Shown: piece after piece, positions 41,110-49,941 of the stretch
How the letters are laid out: each line of letters begins with the position of its first letter
Numbering within the stretch: position 1 is the stretch's first letter
Source of the DNA: Candidatus Poribacteria bacterium
Lineage (GTDB): Bacteria > Poribacteria > WGA-4E > WGA-3G
Direction of reading: 5' to 3'
NCBI GenBank assembly: GCA_965205025.1
Contig: CBDBFU010000013.1
Coordinates: 1-64,000, forward strand
Length of the DNA: 64,000 bases
Notes under the pieces: generated by a model
Seen by the model: only the letters and a program-made list of their open reading frames with translations
Databases searched by the model: none
Told to the model about the DNA's origin: nothing
Translations under genes and position numbers: made by a program

Positions 41110-43377
41110 TTAAAAATTGAGTTTATACAGTAATTTCATATTTCGTCCGGGTTCCGGCATTGACGCTTTGATGCGGGACAGATGTTCACGATAAGTTGTA
41201 TCAAAGAGGTTTTCAATCTCAAAAACGATCATGTTCTCAAGCTGCAACCACGATAAATTGAGAAAACCACCAATATCATAGACGAGATAGCCGTCTGTCG
41301 GTTCCTCAAATTCGCCGAGTCGGGTCTGGCTGCCTGAAAAACGGGATGCAACATGCAAATGCAACGGTGTCGGCGTGTAACTGATGACGAATTTACCGTT
41401 GAGGGGTGGGATACGCTCCAGTGGTCGTCCACTGGTTTGAATAGTTCCGTGGATGTAACTCATATTCAACTGTAAATGGACCTGTGAGGCGACCTCACCA
41501 CCTATCTGAATTTCAGCTCCATCCATCACAACATCGTGTCCCATATATTGATAAATCCACAACCATCCGGCTGCCCCGCTGCCCCACTCCTTTTCACCAC
41601 TGTTCGTCGGAATGAGGTAGTTCTGTATCTGATTCCTGAAAAGTGCCAGATTGAGTCTGAACCTGTCATTAGTGTATTTGACAAAGAGTTCAGTGCCATA
41701 TCCATTCTCAGATTCCAGGTCTGCATTGCCGATTTCGTAGGAAAAGACAGCCAAGTGGGGGCCATCGCTGAAAAGTTCCTCAATACCGGGTGCGCGAAAC
41801 GTTTTCATGAGGGTCGCTCCAGTGCTCAACCCATCCGTCCAATGGTAAATTCCAGAGGCGGCACCGGAAACACCGCCGAAATCACGGCGTTTGACGGCTC
41901 CAGCTCGGACAACTGCACCGGGTCTAAACGGTTCGGCCCGTCTAACGTCGTAGCGGATAGCTCCTTGTAAAGTGAGGTTGTCAAAGTTACGCTGGTTTAG
42001 AAAAAATCCTGCCAACGCTAATTCACGGGTATGTGGTGTCCAGTAAAACCCGCCTGTGGCATGGTCTCTGTACTCACCCCAAATACCCGCAACGGCATTG
42101 TCAAACACGTGAGCCATTGCTGAGACATTGTAGGTTAGCACCCCGAATTCCACACCAAGTGTCCCGTTTGACTCCAGCTCTTGATGCTCATAACGCGTAT
42201 AGGCGCCCTGGAGTTTTACCTTTTCAAGCATTGTTGTATTGAATCGGTATTCCATCTGTCCTTCATAGCGTTGCTTGTCAAGTGAAATGTTAACTCCGCT
42301 GATATGTCCTTCTGGAGAACCAGGAACGCCGTAATCTGAACGATAACTGCTTCCAGATGTACCGATGTAGCCCCACGGCTTAATCATGGAGGCACCGCCT
42401 GAAAAATTGACGTTTGAAAGGGCAGTGTTTTCAAGGACACCCACCGGCGTTTGTATGTCGGATGCGCGACGCCGATTCCATTCTACATTCCCCGCAAAAT
42501 CACCAATGGGGATAGTAAAACCTGTCGTTCCAGTTAATCCTGAGTTTACAGATTCAGCCTGGAACGTTAGATGTGTATCAAGCCGTCTCGGTAGAATTTG
42601 AGGGATGTGATTGCTTTTGACGTTGATAACGCCACCCAGGGTACTTGAACCGTAAATGAGCGATGCGGGACCTCGTGTAATTTCAACGCCCTCAGCAGTC
42701 GTCGGATCAATGGATACGGCGTGGTCGGCACTGGAGGCGGATTTATCGCCTGTCCGTTCGCCGTTTTCCAAAATGAGTAGCCTGTCACCACCCAATCCAC
42801 GAATAACTGGACGGGCGATCGCACGTCCCATCGTCCGTTGTGAAACACCGATCTCATTTGCCAATGTGTTCGCCAAGGTCATGCCTAACCGTCTTTGGAG
42901 ATCTACCTCATCCAATGCTAAATCGGTTGTTTCCTCAAACTGTGAAAGAGTTCTATTTGAACCGAATACCCTGATGGTTTGCAGTTGAAACAACAGTGTC
43001 TCCAGTTCAATCTTGAGATAAGGCGTTGAGACATTGACATTAACGACCCGTTCAAACTGCTGATAACCAACCTTCATGAATTGAAGCGTCTGCTGTCCTT
43101 CCGGCACTGCGTCAAACTTAAACTGACCATTCACATCGGTTCTTACGTTCCTCTTAAGTCCTTTAATACGGACCGTAACCCCATCAAGTCGAGTACTGCT
43201 TTGTGTTTCAATGACCTCGCCTTCCAGGCACCGCCTTGTGTCCGGAGCACTTTGGACATCTTTGAGATAGCAGAACAGGCATCCTACTATTCCAAATACG
43301 AACACGAATAGGTGAGGACACGTTCTAAGCGTCCTCACCGTGGGAGACCTGTGCGAACAAGCACAAGTGCGTAACAT
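41110..43377 (-). CDS. TonB-dependent outer-membrane receptor (ZnuD-like) with N-terminal carboxypeptidase-regulatory-like domain
   Basis: RPVIRGLGGDR, SADHAV, RGPASLIYGS..GGVIN plug motifs, EELFSDGPH, NLFDTTY, C-terminal F. Confidence 0.93.
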   Translation of the reverse strand: MLRTCACSHRSPTVRTLRTCPHLFVFVFGIVGCLFCYLKDVQSAPDTRRCLEGEVIETQSSTRLDGVTVRIKGLKRNVRTDVNGQFKFDAVPEGQQTLQFMKVGYQQFERVVNVNVSTPYLKIELETLLFQLQTIRVFGSNRTLSQFEETTDLALDEVDLQRRLGMTLANTLANEIGVSQRTMGRAIARPVIRGLGGDRLLILENGERTGDKSASSADHAVSIDPTTAEGVEITRGPASLIYGSSTLGGVINVKSNHIPQILPRRLDTHLTFQAESVNSGLTGTTGFTIPIGDFAGNVEWNRRRASDIQTPVGVLENTALSNVNFSGGASMIKPWGYIGTSGSSYRSDYGVPGSPEGHISGVNISLDKQRYEGQMEYRFNTTMLEKVKLQGAYTRYEHQELESNGTLGVEFGVLTYNVSAMAHVFDNAVAGIWGEYRDHATGGFYWTPHTRELALAGFFLNQRNFDNLTLQGAIRYDVRRAEPFRPGAVVRAGAVKRRDFGGVSGAASGIYHWTDGLSTGATLMKTFRAPGIEELFSDGPHLAVFSYEIGNADLESENGYGTELFVKYTNDRFRLNLALFRNQIQNYLIPTNSGEKEWGSGAAGWLWIYQYMGHDVVMDGAEIQIGGEVASQVHLQLNMSYIHGTIQTSGRPLERIPPLNGKFVISYTPTPLHLHVASRFSGSQTRLGEFEEPTDGYLVYDIGGFLNLSWLQLENMIVFEIENLFDTTYREHLSRIKASMPEPGRNMKLLYKLNF

Positions 43378-43387
43378 GATGTCCCCC

Positions 43388-44029
43388 TTATTCTACTGTT
43401 ACCGGTATCAGAAGTGCCGCTGTGAAGTCCGGATGATCTCCGTGAAGAAGTTGCAGTTTAATTTCCGTTTTTCCTGCTTTCAGTCCCTCGAGTCCAAACG
43501 GTAACGCGTCAGCGTGGTCTTCACCATCATGGTCGTCATCTTCTTCACCTTCATGGTCTTCTTCACCTTCATGGTCATGTTCATCCAGATGGATCTTAAT
43601 AATAGTGGCATCGTAACCCGTCAGACCCAAACTGAAGGATTCCAACCCATCATGGTCATGGTCATCTTCACCTGCATGGTCATCTTCACCTGGCGGGGGT
43701 GCTACTTCAGCGAGACTGAGTTCGTTTTCATCCGCGTCAAGAAAATGTACATGTACCTCAATTTCTTCACCAACGGGAACGGTGAGACCGCCTTCATGGT
43801 GGCCTTGATGTTGATGATAGACCACTTTTCCATCGACTTCCAGGTTAAAGCCGTCGGCATCGGCGTGAAGGGGTGCATCCATGTGGTCGTCGTCGTGATC
43901 ATGATCATCATCATGGATAGGGTTGTCTTCACCACAACCTCCCATGAAGGGAAGTACAGCAATAAGGGTTATTAACATTACTCGTGAAATGATGTCAGAA
44001 AAATCGCGTTCAAATAAATTTGTAAACAT
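43388..44029 (-). CDS. His/Asp/Glu-rich lipoprotein, probable metal-binding accessory of the receptor
   Basis: Lipobox FMGGC, three H/D/E-rich tracts and LLHGDHPDF. ATG at 44029 follows GGAG. Confidence 0.85.
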   Translation of the reverse strand: MFTNLFERDFSDIISRVMLITLIAVLPFMGGCGEDNPIHDDDHDHDDDHMDAPLHADADGFNLEVDGKVVYHQHQGHHEGGLTVPVGEEIEVHVHFLDADENELSLAEVAPPPGEDDHAGEDDHDHDGLESFSLGLTGYDATIIKIHLDEHDHEGEEDHEGEEDDDHDGEDHADALPFGLEGLKAGKTEIKLQLLHGDHPDFTAALLIPVTVE

Positions 44030-44064
44030 TGTATTCTCCAATTTTGTTTTACAGCACAAATAAG

Positions 44065-44129
44065 TGCTAATAAGATTTGAGTTTACTTGCTAATAAGATT
44101 TGAGTTTACTTGCTAATAAGATATGAGTT
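44065..44129. repeat. 23-bp tandem repeat x ~2.8
   Basis: TGCTAATAAGATTTGAGTTTACT at 44065 and 44088, with a partial variant at 44111. Confidence 0.92.
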
Positions 44130-44294
44130 GCAGAAGATAAATATAATAGCGTACAAAACTATGTAAAACACTATACCCATTGTTATGTTCACAATGGTAA
44201 TTGTAGATGTTTCTACCCTCTAATAGAATGATATAGAATTAAATGATAGAGTGATGCAGAATTAAATGCTATTTTAACAATGGAAATTATAGAA

Positions 44295-44654
44295 TTAGAT
44301 TGAATTGGAAAATGTAGGAGGGGCGCGACTCTGGATGGTTGTTATAGGACTGGCAGTCCAAATATAAACTTCTTTTAGGGGAAGTGTTCTACGGTGAATC
44401 GTAGGGGATATGATTACATTTGGTTGGATTCCAACTTGGATATGTATGTTGATAAATACACACGCAGCACAACCTTCTTCTGTATGTGACTGTTCTGAAC
44501 GTTCATTTTCATTTTCATGACATGGTAAATGTTCATAACATGAAACCTGTCCATAACATGCATCATGCAGCAGTGGTGCGAAACTGAGTGTCACTACATA
44601 ACAGATTATAGCACTCAAAATTAGTAATTTTGTATTGAAATTGTGCTTTTTCAA
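44295..44654 (-). CDS. DUF2946/CruR-like leader protein with CxxC and C-terminal RAPP arrest motif
   Basis: N-terminal hydrophobic segment, His/Cys-rich middle, CAAC, ends QSRAPPTFSNSI. Lies upstream of the TonB receptor operon. Confidence 0.8.
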   Translation of the reverse strand: MKKHNFNTKLLILSAIICYVVTLSFAPLLHDACYGQVSCYEHLPCHENENERSEQSHTEEGCAACVFINIHIQVGIQPNVIISPTIHRRTLPLKEVYIWTASPITTIQSRAPPTFSNSI

Positions 44655-44807
44655 GAATCCAAACCTATATGCTTACTGCGTATTTTGTGTAATAGTATAA
44701 TGTACACAGTTTACGAATGCAAATATTTTTTGTGACAATTAGGACTTATGAGTCCCGTAGGAACGAAATGTCTATTGAAAATGTGTATATCTAATATCTT
44801 GAGTCCA

Positions 44808-44841
44808 GGGGAATGCCTTATGGCATTCATACCGTTGATTC
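44808..44841 (+). repeat. 34-bp palindromic mini-element family E (copies 602-619 partial, 44808-44841, 45002-45024 partial, 49582-49615, 55823-55855, 59711-59744)
   Basis: GGGGAATGCC-TTAT-GGCATTCATACCGTTGATTC with a GAATGCC/GGCATTC hairpin. Confidence 0.9.
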
Positions 44842-44896
44842 GCCGAACCTTAGGCGTCAATTTAGTGAGATTGGTATATTTTTATGCTTGTTTGAG

Positions 44897-44939
44897 TTGT
44901 CTGAATCACAGATTACACGGATTACGCAGAATACACGGA
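44897..44939 (-). repeat. 9-bp period repeat (AATCCGTGT)n ending GATTCAGACAA; copies at 54126-54170, 57789-57810, 57880-57901
   Basis: The reverse complement matches 54126-54170 ATCCGTGTAATCTGTGTAATCCGTGATTCAGACAA. Confidence 0.8.
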
Positions 44940-45457
44940 AAAGAGAGGTTATTATCAGTAAGATTTTCTTTCAATTAAGATACTAAGGTAGGGGAATCAA
45001 GGAATCAACGTTATGAACGCCTTATTATCAAACTCACGTTAAATAAGTAAAATTGGTATTATATAGAACTAAGGACAATAATTATGTAAATTTACTGTTT
45101 TTTAGTTGTTCACATTTGTTATATTTATATTATCAATATGTTGAAATAGTTACACTTTTTGTCACATGGTGTGACATTTGGAAAACCTTTATCCCGTCAG
45201 TACTACACTAAGTTTACAGCCACTTTTTTAAGGTAACAAGAATTTGCAATAATTATGAAATATGTGTCTTTTACTTTTCTTTTAATCCACTGATTTGGAG
45301 TCGTCTGAATTGGAATTATCCTAACCATCCCTACAAAGAGAATTATATCTGTATAGACGATTCGTATTAATGAGATACACTGTAGTTTTTTGATGTATAT
45401 GATAGAGTGTATTGTTTGAAACAGGTCTATTTTCAAGTTTTTTGATAAAAGTCCATT

Positions 45458-45514
45458 GTAGCGTAAACTTTCCAGTTTGCGCACAAAGACCACCAACTGG
45501 AAAGTTTGTGGTAT
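45458..45514. repeat. GTAG-type REP doublet (REPIN-like)
   Basis: GTAGCGTAAACTTTCCAGTTTGCGC followed by an inverted CAACTGGAAAGTTTGTGGTAT. Confidence 0.6.
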
Positions 45515-45776
45515 AAGAACAGTAAGGTATGCCTTCCAAGAAAGGACATGTTTTGAACTGATGCCATTTATTATCAAACTGGCGTTATGAATAAGGATCT
45601 TCTAACTCCCAAACTTTCGTGCCAGGTGTTAGTTTTAGTTTACAATTATTGAACGATATAGTATTGTACCATTTTATTTTCATTTTGACAAATGATTAAT
45701 TTATTTTATATTATTGTGATATATGTAGGTTAGATGTTTATGTTTTCTTCAATTTATATTAAGTCTTTTTGCTTTC

Positions 45777-45805
45777 TTGACGATATACCCCTCCTATGTT
45801 ATAAT
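45777..45805 (+). promoter_or_regulatory. sigma70-type promoter upstream of the RM gene
   Basis: TTGACG-17bp-TATAAT with extended -10 TG. Confidence 0.6.
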
Positions 45806-45984
45806 CCTCTTACCCAATCCAGATATACGCTGAGGGGATATATGTCAGAAACAGAACAATTATACCTTCCTTTAGAAACCGAAAGTAGCCATACTGATAA
45901 CGGTTTTTACGATTCACTAAATTTCATCTCGGATTATTAACTCCTATAACCATCAGAAACAAGATAACACTTAATGGAAAACTT

Positions 45985-48900
45985 ATGGAAACACTAAATC
46001 TTAAACCCACACATAAGTCAATAATAGACTACTACAAGGCATTGGAACAATATGACCAGCATGACTTCACACATGAAGGTGCAGTGAGTAATCCTTTTGC
46101 AATCTTACTTGACATCTGTGCAAAAAAAGTGAATGCCACCTTTGTTCCACAATATCGAATGCGTACCGCAGCAGGAAACAATATCTTCATTGATGGCGCG
46201 GTTATAGACGAATATGGACTCCCGATCGTTTACTGGGAAGCGAAGGATATTGATGACGATCTCACGACAGCAATTCAGGAGAAACGTGAAAACGGTTATC
46301 CATTTAATAATATCCTATTTCAAACCCCTGATCGCGCCATATTGTTTCAGGACGAGCAAGAAGTACTAAACATAGATATCACAGATTCCAAAAATCTTAT
46401 TGAGACACTTCAACGTCTCTTTTCATATTCAGATACTACTTTCAGCGATTGGAACGAAGCAGTTGATAAATTCAGTAATCGGATTCCAGCACTTGCTGAC
46501 AAGTTGAAAGAACTTATTTCGGAACAGAAACAAACAAATGCAGCGTACAAAACAGCATTTACTACTTTCTACCAAGCTTGCCGCAACTCAATTGACCCGA
46601 ATCTTTCGCAAGATACTGTTGAAGAAATGCTCATCCAGCATATCCTCACCGAACGTATTTTCCTCAAGGTTTTTGAAAGATCGGATTTCACAGACCGAAA
46701 TATAATTGCTCGTGAGATTGAAAAGGTCAGTGCAGTATTGATGCAGCGCTCAATGAGTCGAGATGAGTTTCTCAAACCCTTGAACCCGTTCTACGTTGCC
46801 ATTGAGAAGGCGGCAACAGTTTGTAAAGACTTCTCAGAAAAACAACACTTCCTCAATACCGTTTATGAGAAATTTTTTCAGGAGTATTGTGATAAAGTCG
46901 CAGATACACACGGAATCGTTTACACACCGCAACCGATCGTAGATTTTATGGTAAACAGCGTTGAATACCTTTTGCAAAACGAGTTTAACCGTTCGCTCTC
47001 GGACTACAATGTTCATATCATTGATCCGTTCGTTGGTACAGGCAATTTTATTGTTCGAATTATGCAGGACATACGGAAGACAGCATTAGAGGAAAAGTAT
47101 CAGCACGAATTGCATTGCAACGAAGTACTGTTATTGCCTTATTACATCGCCAATCTAAACATTCAACAAGAATATTTTTATCTCACAGGAACATCTCTAC
47201 CGTTTGAAGGGATAGCTTTCGCTGATACCTTTGAATTGTATGATAAAACTCAGATGGATCTTTTTACTGAAGAAAACACGAAACGGGTTGAACAGCAAAA
47301 AGAAAATGACATGTTTGTTGTTATTGGCAATCCACCCTATAATGCGGGGCAAGACGATGAAAACCAGAATAACAAAAACCGTCAATACCCACCGCTTGAT
47401 AAACAGATTCAAAATACATATTCAAAAGATTCCAAAGCACAACTCAATAATAAATTGTATGACCATTATGTCAGAGCGTTTTTCTGGGCATCAGATCGAA
47501 TTGGGGAATCTGGTATCGTGGCTTTTGTAACAAACAATAGTTTTATTACTGAACGGACTTTTGATGGAATGCGTAAACATCTGGGTGAAGGATTTAATGC
47601 AGTTTATGTGTGTAATTTAGGTGGAGACATCCGTAAAGGGCAACCTGTAGACTCTAATGTGTTCGGCATTACTGTCGGAGTAAGTATCTCCCTGCTTGTG
47701 AAAACAGGTGAACCTATTGACACTCCATGTATTTATTTCAACAATGAAACAGAGATACAGAGCAAGGCTCAGACCTTTGATTTCCTTAACAGACATCAAA
47801 ATGTAGGTAATGTTTCATGGCAACAGATTCAACCCGATGCAGGAAACAAATGGCTGACTGAAGGACTTCAAGAAGATTTTTTCGATCTTATTCCTTTGGG
47901 AACAAAAAAGGTAAAAGAAAATGAAAAGATTACTGTAGAAACTGCAGAAGGTGTAATTTTCAAAGACTTTAGTCTTGGTGTGTCAACTAATCGAGATTAT
48001 TGGGTTTACAACTTCAATCAAGACTCACTTTGTGATAACGTACAGCGAATGATAGATAATTACAACGTAGAAGTGGATCGCTATAATCGCCAAAGACCAC
48101 CAAAACCTAAAGTTAATGACTTTGTTATAAACGATGCTACGAAAATAAAATGGAGTCGTGACTTAAAGAAAAAGTTAAAACGAGGTGTAAGTACTGAATA
48201 TGTTCCTCATAAAATAAGGAACTCTCTATATCGTCCCTTCACTAAAACAACCTTGTTTTTTGACAAAATTCTGATAGACAGTCCGGGACAGTTTCCTTCT
48301 ATATTTCCCACTTCAGAAGTAGAAAACGAAAATCAAGTGATTTGTGTTGGCGGTTATGGAAGGAAAGAATTTGCCGTTATGATGAGCAAGTTGATTCCTA
48401 ACTTAAATCTCTATGGTGACCCACAGCAATCCTTCCCTTTCTACACCTACGATGAAGATGGGGCAAAACGCTGTGAAAATATCACCGACTGGGCATTAGC
48501 AGAATTTCAAAACCAGTACGACGATGACGGTATAACAAAATGGGATATCTTCCACTATATCTATGGGCTACTTCATCACAAGAGATATCGTGAAAAGTAT
48601 ACAGAGGACCTTAAAGATAATCTTCCTCATATCCCTTTTGCCGATGACTTTTGGGAATGCTCAAATGCTGGAAGAGAGTTGGCGTACCTCCATGTCAACT
48701 ATGAGTCCGTTCCAAAATACGAAGGATTGACGCTCAAGGAAAACCCCGACATCCCACTAAACTGGGGTGTTGAGAAAATGAAATTGTCTGAAGAAAAAAG
48801 ACAGATCCAATATAATGATTTCCTAACGATTGAAAATATACCTGCTGAGGCGTTTGATTATAAGCTGGGAGGTTGGTCCGCATTAAAGTGGATAGAGAAT

Positions 48901-49086
48901 CAATACCAAATTAAGGTGGATAAGGACACAAGAAATCGTAAAGGAAGTTATATCGTAAGGAATCCAAATAGGGAGGATGAACCGCAATACATTGTAGACT
49001 TAATCGCACGTGTTATTACCGTCAGTCTTGAGACGGTAAAGTTAATTAACGATTTACCCGCATTATATCCTGAAGGAGAAAACTAA
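45985..49086 (+). CDS. Single-chain restriction-modification enzyme (PD-ExK nuclease + N6-adenine MTase + LlaBIII/type ISP-like TRD, no helicase)
   Basis: IDGAV...YWEAKD, HGIVYTPQPIVDF, IIDPFVGTGNF, VIGNPPY, SLYRPFTK, IFHYIYGLLH..YR, SALKWI. Confidence 0.9.
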   Translation: METLNLKPTHKSIIDYYKALEQYDQHDFTHEGAVSNPFAILLDICAKKVNATFVPQYRMRTAAGNNIFIDGAVIDEYGLPIVYWEAKDIDDDLTTAIQEKRENGYPFNNILFQTPDRAILFQDEQEVLNIDITDSKNLIETLQRLFSYSDTTFSDWNEAVDKFSNRIPALADKLKELISEQKQTNAAYKTAFTTFYQACRNSIDPNLSQDTVEEMLIQHILTERIFLKVFERSDFTDRNIIAREIEKVSAVLMQRSMSRDEFLKPLNPFYVAIEKAATVCKDFSEKQHFLNTVYEKFFQEYCDKVADTHGIVYTPQPIVDFMVNSVEYLLQNEFNRSLSDYNVHIIDPFVGTGNFIVRIMQDIRKTALEEKYQHELHCNEVLLLPYYIANLNIQQEYFYLTGTSLPFEGIAFADTFELYDKTQMDLFTEENTKRVEQQKENDMFVVIGNPPYNAGQDDENQNNKNRQYPPLDKQIQNTYSKDSKAQLNNKLYDHYVRAFFWASDRIGESGIVAFVTNNSFITERTFDGMRKHLGEGFNAVYVCNLGGDIRKGQPVDSNVFGITVGVSISLLVKTGEPIDTPCIYFNNETEIQSKAQTFDFLNRHQNVGNVSWQQIQPDAGNKWLTEGLQEDFFDLIPLGTKKVKENEKITVETAEGVIFKDFSLGVSTNRDYWVYNFNQDSLCDNVQRMIDNYNVEVDRYNRQRPPKPKVNDFVINDATKIKWSRDLKKKLKRGVSTEYVPHKIRNSLYRPFTKTTLFFDKILIDSPGQFPSIFPTSEVENENQVICVGGYGRKEFAVMMSKLIPNLNLYGDPQQSFPFYTYDEDGAKRCENITDWALAEFQNQYDDDGITKWDIFHYIYGLLHHKRYREKYTEDLKDNLPHIPFADDFWECSNAGRELAYLHVNYESVPKYEGLTLKENPDIPLNWGVEKMKLSEEKRQIQYNDFLTIENIPAEAFDYKLGGWSALKWIENQYQIKVDKDTRNRKGSYIVRNPNREDEPQYIVDLIARVITVSLETVKLINDLPALYPEGEN

Positions 49087-49540
49087 TTAACACTTGAACA
49101 TACTGCCAGCTATAAGGAGAACAACTGTGAACCTAAACGAAGTGAATCTTGGTGATAAAGGCACAATAAGCGATATAGCAATAAAACTCCGGGATATTTT
49201 CAAAAATTTCAAAGGATAACTTGGATTATTAAAGACTGGTAGACGAACACTTAGGGTGAATGACGCGATTACAGCTATTGTGTTTCTCTTGAATACCTAA
49301 TTAATGTAGAAGAGTAAATTATCCCACCAGTAACGAATCCACCTGTATCATCCCTTACCTACTAAGGGGTACTCTATTTACAAGTTTTTAATTATCAAAC
49401 TCACGTTTATGTAGACTTGATAGTTATGTATCTGCACCTTTTTTAAATCATTAAAACAGGCAGATTTAATCAAAAATACTTAACTACGTGAGTTTGATAA
49501 TTAACAAGATGTGCGCAAATTAAACAGAGAACAGGCATAT

Positions 49541-49678
49541 TTGCTGAAAAAATCGTCATTTTGGTGTTTTTAACCCCTAAAGAATCAACGGTATGAATGC
49601 CTTATGGCATTCCCCGCCCTTATCAGGGGACTTTAAGAGGAAATGTGGAAGACCTAACTATTTATCAAACTCACGTTA
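49541..49678 (+). repeat. Composite repeat (degenerate family D MITE + family E insert + TTATCAAACTCACGTT end), inverted copy at 59648-59786
   Basis: About 138 bp, near-identical to the reverse complement of 59648-59786. Confidence 0.9.
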
Positions 49679-49941
49679 ACTGGTATATTGAATTCTAAAC
49701 TTATCTCTTTTGGTTAAAGTATAAAGGTGAATTGCAAGGGACAAATTATCAAATAGATAAACAACCTTTATTACCAATACTCCTAATTTCACCACATACT
49801 GAAGAACAGATGATCAGATACTTGATGCTAAACAAGCCGCCCCGATGTGGACACTTCCGACCTTGAAAATGAGATTGATAAGCTGGTGTGCGAATTGTAT
49901 AATTTAACGGTAGATGAGATTGCGATTTTGGAAGGAAAAGA

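Noticed and set aside
44065-44129. Possible mini CRISPR array
   Set aside because: The units are directly adjacent with no spacers, and there are no cas genes in the window.
44686-44706. Possible Zur box (GTAATAGTATAAT) upstream of the RAPP leader; also AATCGTATTAGTATTAT at ~41022
   Set aside because: Weak dyad symmetry in AT-rich DNA, equally explained as -10 elements. The Zur motif for this lineage is unknown to me.
44748-45940. Short ORFs 44748-44978, 45203-45577, 45321-45539, 45734-45940
   Set aside because: They lie in an AT-rich repeat mosaic with no motifs. At most, 45842-45940 is a gene stub.
49128-49300. Small ORF after the RM gene with AAGGAG RBS
   Set aside because: In-frame stop after ~30 codons and no recognisable family. 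Possibly a remnant.
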